Below, in pieces: positions 57,981 through 61,872 of a DNA stretch of 61,872 nucleotides. The stretch is from Dehalococcoidia bacterium (GTDB lineage: Bacteria > Chloroflexota > Dehalococcoidia > DSTF01 > RBG-16-68-14). The position numbers were made by a program, and so were the translations under genes. Location of the stretch: assembly GCA_040882355.1 (NCBI GenBank), contig JBBEBM010000072.1, positions 1 to 61,872 of the forward strand, in the 5' to 3' direction. A model generated the notes under the pieces. That model was not told the origin of the DNA, did no database searches, and saw nothing but the letters and a program-made list of their open reading frames with translations. The stretch's first letter is position 1; every line of letters begins with the position of its first letter.

Positions 57981-58017
57981 CCCTCACCCCTGCCCCTCTC
58001 CCAAAGGGCGAGGGGAA
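57981..58017. repeat. CCCTCACCCC...CTCTCCCAAAGGGCGAGGGG palindromic repeat
   Basis: Hairpin CCCCTCTCCC-aaa-GGGCGAGGGG preceded by CCCTCACCCC; a widespread intergenic repeat type. Confidence 0.65.
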
Positions 58018-58026
58018 AGTCTCTCT

Positions 58027-58266
58027 TCACGCCTCCGGCGGCTTGCGCGACTCCCATCGCGCCAGCAGGAAGACGGCGCCCACGAGGGCGACGATCGGTA
58101 GCAGGGCGAGGGCCGGGTGCACTGTGAGGAGCCAGAACGACGCGCCAAGCACGCCCAGCAGGCCGAAGAGGGCGAGCAGCGGCCACATGATGACGGCGAA
58201 GGTGGCACGGGTGAGCACCCAGACGTCGCGGCAGCCGGGGCGGGCTTCGAGGGGCGGTTCGTACAT
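58027..58266 (-). CDS. small two-TM membrane protein (79 aa)
   Basis: MYEPP..RPGCRD followed by two hydrophobic helices; TGcTACCCT -10 just upstream. Confidence 0.75.
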   Translation of the reverse strand: MYEPPLEARPGCRDVWVLTRATFAVIMWPLLALFGLLGVLGASFWLLTVHPALALLPIVALVGAVFLLARWESRKPPEA

Positions 58267-58321
58267 GGTGGGCGTAGGGTAGCAGAGCGATGGGCGGAAG
58301 CGAGGGGGCGGGCACGTTGTT

Positions 58322-58361
58322 AGGGTGGTGTGGGTGTGAGGGTGGTGTGGGTGTGAGGGTG
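58322..58361. repeat. 17-bp tandem repeat AGGGTGGTGTGGGTGTG x2.3
   Basis: Read directly. Confidence 0.85.
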
Positions 58362-58505
58362 CTGCAAGATCCCTCGCTTCGCTCAGGATGACAGAGGGAG
58401 GGGCAGCACCTAACGTGGGCATCGCCCGAGGAGTAGGGCGGCGAGATGCGTCGCTGCGCTCGGCATGACACAAGGTGCGCCGGCCACAGGGGCTTCGTCG
58501 CGTGA

Positions 58506-58549
58506 CGACGGCCTCCGGCCGTCTAGGGCACGCAGATGCGCGCCCCTAC
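58506..58549 (-). repeat. GTAG-type REP, inverted partner of 55437-55479
   Basis: Sequence match with compensatory stem changes. Confidence 0.8.
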
Positions 58550-58678
58550 AATGGCCTCCGCACATGATGGGCCCAGAGGATGAAGGGATGGGTCGTCGCG
58601 AGAGTGGCGCTGGTGGCGTCCTAAAGGTCGCCGCTACCGATGCACGAGCGCAAGGACAAGACAGGCCAGAGACGCCGG

Positions 58679-59374
58679 TTACCCCTGGAACAGGTCCCTG
58701 AAGAGGGCGCCCGATGGCACGACGGGCAGGGCCTGGTGGTAGAGCTCCTCGTGGGTGGTGAACTTGGACAGCATCGCAAAGAACTCGCGGGAGTCTTGCT
58801 GGCTGCTGTGGCAGGCCAGCGCCGCCAGCTTCACGTCGAGGTAGTCGGTCACGTCAATGCGGTGGGTCGGCTCGCGCTCCGGCCCCACGATCTCCAACTG
58901 GTCGGCGAACGGGCCGTCGATGGCCACCCAGAGCACCCGCACGGGCCGCGGGCCGCCTGCGGCGGATTCCGCCGCGCGCATCGCCGCCTTGTGCCCGGCG
59001 ATGTGGTCGACGTGGCGGGTGAGGCCGGTCGGGCCGAACGTGATGATCGTGTCGGCGCCCGTCTCGACCAGCTTGCGGGACACGTGGCCGGCCACCTCGT
59101 CGAGCGGGACCTGGTCGAGCGCGCCGTCCATGTAGTCGAGCAGCTCGACGCTCGCCGCGCCGATCACGCGCGCCGAGGCCCGCGTCTCGTACTCGCGCAG
59201 CAGACCGAGCGCCTCGGGCGAGTCGACGCCGTCGGACATCGTGCCGATCTGGCCCTTCGTGAGCGTCAGCAGGTGGGACGCGACGCCCTGCTCGGCGTAG
59301 CGGGCAACGGTGCCGGCGCAGCCGAACGCCTCGTCGTCAGGGTGCGGCGCCACGATGAGGATGGCGGGCATCAC
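58679..59374 (-). CDS. PIG-L/LmbE family deacetylase
   Basis: PHPDDE, LT.G, HVDH, KLAALACHSSQ. Confidence 0.9.
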   Translation of the reverse strand: MMPAILIVAPHPDDEAFGCAGTVARYAEQGVASHLLTLTKGQIGTMSDGVDSPEALGLLREYETRASARVIGAASVELLDYMDGALDQVPLDEVAGHVSRKLVETGADTIITFGPTGLTRHVDHIAGHKAAMRAAESAAGGPRPVRVLWVAIDGPFADQLEIVGPEREPTHRIDVTDYLDVKLAALACHSSQQDSREFFAMLSKFTTHEELYHQALPVVPSGALFRDLFQG

Positions 59375-59426
59375 GAGGGCAGGATAGCAGAGGCGGGCGC
59401 CTTCAGGTCACCCGCATGGATTGAAT

Positions 59427-59502
59427 AGCCACAGATGCACACAAATGAAACACAGATTCATGCCGCCGCGACCGTCGCATCCATCTGTGTCAATTTGTGG
59501 CT
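59427..59502. repeat. CACAGAT/ATCTGTG inverted-repeat element
   Basis: AGCCACAGATGCACACAAATGAAACACAGAT ... ATCTGTGTCAATTTGTGGCT. Confidence 0.75.
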
Positions 59503-59508
59503 GACACG

Positions 59509-60531
59509 TCAGTCCGGATCAGGCAGCTCGGTGGGGCGCACGTTGAAGGTGAGCGACTCGGCCGAGCGCACGACGTGCACAACGAGCGGCTGGCCGACGG
59601 GGTGGCGGCCGAGCGCCTGCTGCAGGTCGTCCGGCGAGGCGATCGCGTCGTCGCCCACGCGGACGATCAGGTCGCCGGAACGGATGCCGGCGTTCGACGC
59701 CGCGGTGTCGGGCATGACTTCGGTCACCTGGACGGCGGTCGCGACGCCCTCCCGGAGCGCGACCTTGCGGTCGAGCGCCACCGGCTGCGCGGAGACGCCG
59801 AGGTAGGCGCGCCGCACGCGGCCGTCGCGCATGAGCTGCGAGGCGACCCAGAGGGCGGTGTTCGCCGGGATGGCGAAGCAGATGCCCTGCGAGCCGGCGA
59901 TGATCGCCGTGTTCACGCCGATCACGCGCCCCCGCGAGTCGACGAGCGGGCCGCCGGAGTTGCCCGGGTTGAGGGCGGCGTCGGTCTGGATGATGTTCTC
60001 GATCACGCGGCCCGTCTCGGTGCGCAGTGTGCGACCGAGCGCGCTGACGACACCAGCGGTGACCGTCGCCTGAAAGCCGAGCGGGTTGCCGATGGCGACG
60101 ACGAGCTGGCCCACGCGCAGCGCGGACGAGTCGCCGAGCTCCGCCGCGGGCAGGCCCGACTCGGGCACACGCACGACGGCGAGGTCGCTGTGGGGGTCGT
60201 CGCCGACGACGCGCGCCGCGAGCGTGCGGCCGTCCTGCAGGCGCACCTCGATGCGCTCGGCCTTGCGAACGACGTGGCTGTTTGTGAGGACGTAGCCATC
60301 CTGCGCGATGAGCACACCGCTGCCGGCGCCGCGCAGCTTGGGCAGGCCGCGCCGCTGGAGGCGGGCCGGCGCCTTGCGCGCCATGCCGACGCTGACGACG
60401 GCAGGCCCGACGCGCTCGACAGCGCCCGTCACGGCCTGCGAGTACGCATCGAAGGCTTCGGTGTCGACGGCGCGGACGTCCGCCGTGCCGTTCTGGTTGT
60501 CTACGGTCGCGAGGACCTGTTGGAGTCTCAT
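59509..60531 (-). CDS. HtrA/DegP-like serine protease with PDZ domain, no signal peptide
   Basis: TNSHVV, SDLAV, IQTDAALNPGNSGG; PDZ YLGV...PDTAA...GI..GD. Confidence 0.92.
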   Translation of the reverse strand: MRLQQVLATVDNQNGTADVRAVDTEAFDAYSQAVTGAVERVGPAVVSVGMARKAPARLQRRGLPKLRGAGSGVLIAQDGYVLTNSHVVRKAERIEVRLQDGRTLAARVVGDDPHSDLAVVRVPESGLPAAELGDSSALRVGQLVVAIGNPLGFQATVTAGVVSALGRTLRTETGRVIENIIQTDAALNPGNSGGPLVDSRGRVIGVNTAIIAGSQGICFAIPANTALWVASQLMRDGRVRRAYLGVSAQPVALDRKVALREGVATAVQVTEVMPDTAASNAGIRSGDLIVRVGDDAIASPDDLQQALGRHPVGQPLVVHVVRSAESLTFNVRPTELPDPD

Positions 60532-60581
60532 GGGCTGTCTTTCAGTTCACTCTGGCCGCCACCCGTTTCACTGCGGTCTGC

Positions 60582-60875
60582 TTACGCGGCCGCGGCCACC
60601 CGCTCGTCGCCCGGCTCCGCAACAGGCAGCGGCGAGACCGCGTTCTCGAAGTCGCTGCCGTAGACCTGGGCGTAGGCGCGGTCGACCAGCAGGTCGATGC
60701 CGTCGCGGCGGTGGGCCTTTTCCTGGCGGCGCTGCTCCCAGAGCGACTGCAGCTCGGCGTTGATCTCGTGGATTCGCCCGAGGACGGTCTTGTCGCCCCG
60801 GCGACCGTTGGAGGCCCGCGCGTAGAGCGTCGTGCGCTCGCTGGAGAGCTGGTTGATGCGGTCGATGGTCGTCAT
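60582..60875 (-). CDS. small helical protein (DUF2630-like)
   Basis: IDRINQL..E, RI.EI..EL..LW..RR; SD AAGGAG. Confidence 0.65.
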   Translation of the reverse strand: MTTIDRINQLSSERTTLYARASNGRRGDKTVLGRIHEINAELQSLWEQRRQEKAHRRDGIDLLVDRAYAQVYGSDFENAVSPLPVAEPGDERVAAAA

Positions 60876-60900
60876 TGTCCACTCCTTCCCATCCAACATC

Positions 60901-60966
60901 ACTTACAAACAGTAAGTTACCACAGGCGCTCACCCTTGTCAAGGGGCTAATAATACGTTAGTATTA
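60901..60966. promoter_or_regulatory. divergent promoters with two perfect dyads
   Basis: ACTTAC-aaaca-GTAAGT (60901-60917) over minus-strand TTGACA-N17-TAACTT; TAATAC-gtta-GTATTA (60951-60966) over plus-strand TTGTCA-N17-TAGTAT. Confidence 0.7.
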
Positions 60967-60973
60967 CAACGCA

Positions 60974-61321
60974 GTGTGTGACACGCCCTACGGCGACGAG
61001 ATGTGCCCCAAGTATGAGCGGGCCGCCCAGATCCTGGGCAAGCGCTGGACCGCCCTCATCGTTCGGACGCTGCTCACCCGCCCTCGCCGCTTCAACGAGA
61101 TGACCGTCATCGTCCAGGGCTTGAGCGACCGGCTGCTCTCGGAGCGGCTGAAGGAGCTCGAAGCGTGCCACATCGTCGAACGGCGAGTCTACCCCGAGAC
61201 GCCTGTGCGCATCGAGTACGTCCTGACGGAGAAGGGGCGCCACCTCCAGGACGTGGTCGAATCGATCCAGCGCTGGGCGGACCGCTGGGAGCCGATCGAG
61301 GCCGCCCGCACGCGGGCCTAG
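60974..61321 (+). CDS. HxlR-family winged-helix regulator
   Basis: CP......ILGKRWT.LI, RFNE, LS.RLKELE, P.R.EY.LTEKG. Confidence 0.92.
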   Translation: MCDTPYGDEMCPKYERAAQILGKRWTALIVRTLLTRPRRFNEMTVIVQGLSDRLLSERLKELEACHIVERRVYPETPVRIEYVLTEKGRHLQDVVESIQRWADRWEPIEAARTRA

Positions 61322-61340
61322 CCCGCTCCCCTAGCACAGC

Positions 61341-61517
61341 ATGGCCATCAACAAGGCCTGGCACGAGGCGCACCGCATGCCCAAGAACCCCTCGCTGGAG
61401 CAACGTATCGCCTGGCATCGCGAGCACGCGAAGCACTGCGCCTGCCGGCCGATCCCGGAGAAGCTGGCGGCGGAGATGACGCGGCGAGGGTCAGAGCAGG
61501 CCCGACAGGCGAGATAG
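61341..61517 (+). CDS. 58-aa His/Cys-rich small protein (absent from ORF track)
   Basis: MAINKAWHEAHRMPKNPSLEQRIAWHREHAKHCACRPIPEKL...; host-like codon usage. Confidence 0.7.
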   Translation: MAINKAWHEAHRMPKNPSLEQRIAWHREHAKHCACRPIPEKLAAEMTRRGSEQARQAR

Positions 61518-61528
61518 AGTTTGGAACC

Positions 61529-61872
61529 TCACCCGCACTTGGTGTAGCCGCAGGAGCGGCAGACGAGACAGCCCTCGGCGAAGACGACGACGCTGCCGCA
61601 GTCCGGGCACGCGAGGCCAGTGCTGACGTCGTCGGAGGAACCAGGAACCAGTACCCCGGAACCAGGCCTCGCGCCGCCGGCCCGCTTCGCTGATCCCTTC
61701 CCCTTCGCCCCGCGCCCCGTGACCCGCGCCTGCCCTCGAGCGAAGCGAAGGGACCCGCGACCCTCGTCTAGGAAGCGGCGTTCCAGCCAGCGGAAGATGT
61801 AGTCAACGAGGGAGCTGGCCTGGGGCAGGTCGGGGTTGTCGGTGAAGCCGGCGGGCTCGAAGTGGACGCCGC
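61529..61872 (-). CDS. nrdJ: 3' end of class II (B12) ribonucleotide reductase or TSCPD-domain protein (partial)
   Basis: FEPAGFT.NPD...ASSLVDYIFRWL; terminal CPDCG....EGC.VC.SCGYTKCG. Confidence 0.8.
   Translation of the reverse strand, partial: GVHFEPAGFTDNPDLPQASSLVDYIFRWLERRFLDEGRGSLRFARGQARVTGRGAKGKGSAKRAGGARPGSGVLVPGSSDDVSTGLACPDCGSVVVFAEGCLVCRSCGYTKCG

Noticed and set aside
57861..58125. DGR template/variable repeat pair
   Set aside because: Differences are mostly synonymous and not adenine-specific; no reverse transcriptase in the window

Overview
High-GC bacterial chromosome segment, most consistent with Chloroflexota (Dehalococcoidia-like). This is inferred from a DUF2298/YYY plus TIGR03663-type gene pair, a flexitail-like C-terminus, DUF5679 and F420 cof genes. 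Contents in order: a cis-prenyltransferase-YjbQ fusion; a 9-gene minus-strand phosphatidylinositol/PIM-like lipid cluster headed by an HTH-fused inositol-3-phosphate synthase; nusA-ylxR-infB-rbfA-truB; PMM and garR-like genes; lspA-rluD; rnc-smc-(M23 + lipoprotein insert)-ftsY; two large GT-C-type membrane proteins plus galU; cofD-cofC-nitroreductase (F420) with an AT-richer TPR gene coupled to cofD; mutS2; an ABC-F with an attenuator-like leader; hicAB and a solo hicB; a 10-N scaffold gap; an AT-richer three-gene island (ClpP-fold SDH protease, small acidic protein, PemK/MazF toxin) bracketed by inverted GTAG REP-like elements; an HxlR/HtrA/PIG-L locus; and the 3' end of a class II ribonucleotide reductase-type gene. 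Intergenic DNA carries several REP-like palindrome families and a diverged ~400-bp element present twice. No rRNA, tRNA, CRISPR array or transposase was recognised. All calls are from motif reading, with no database searches.
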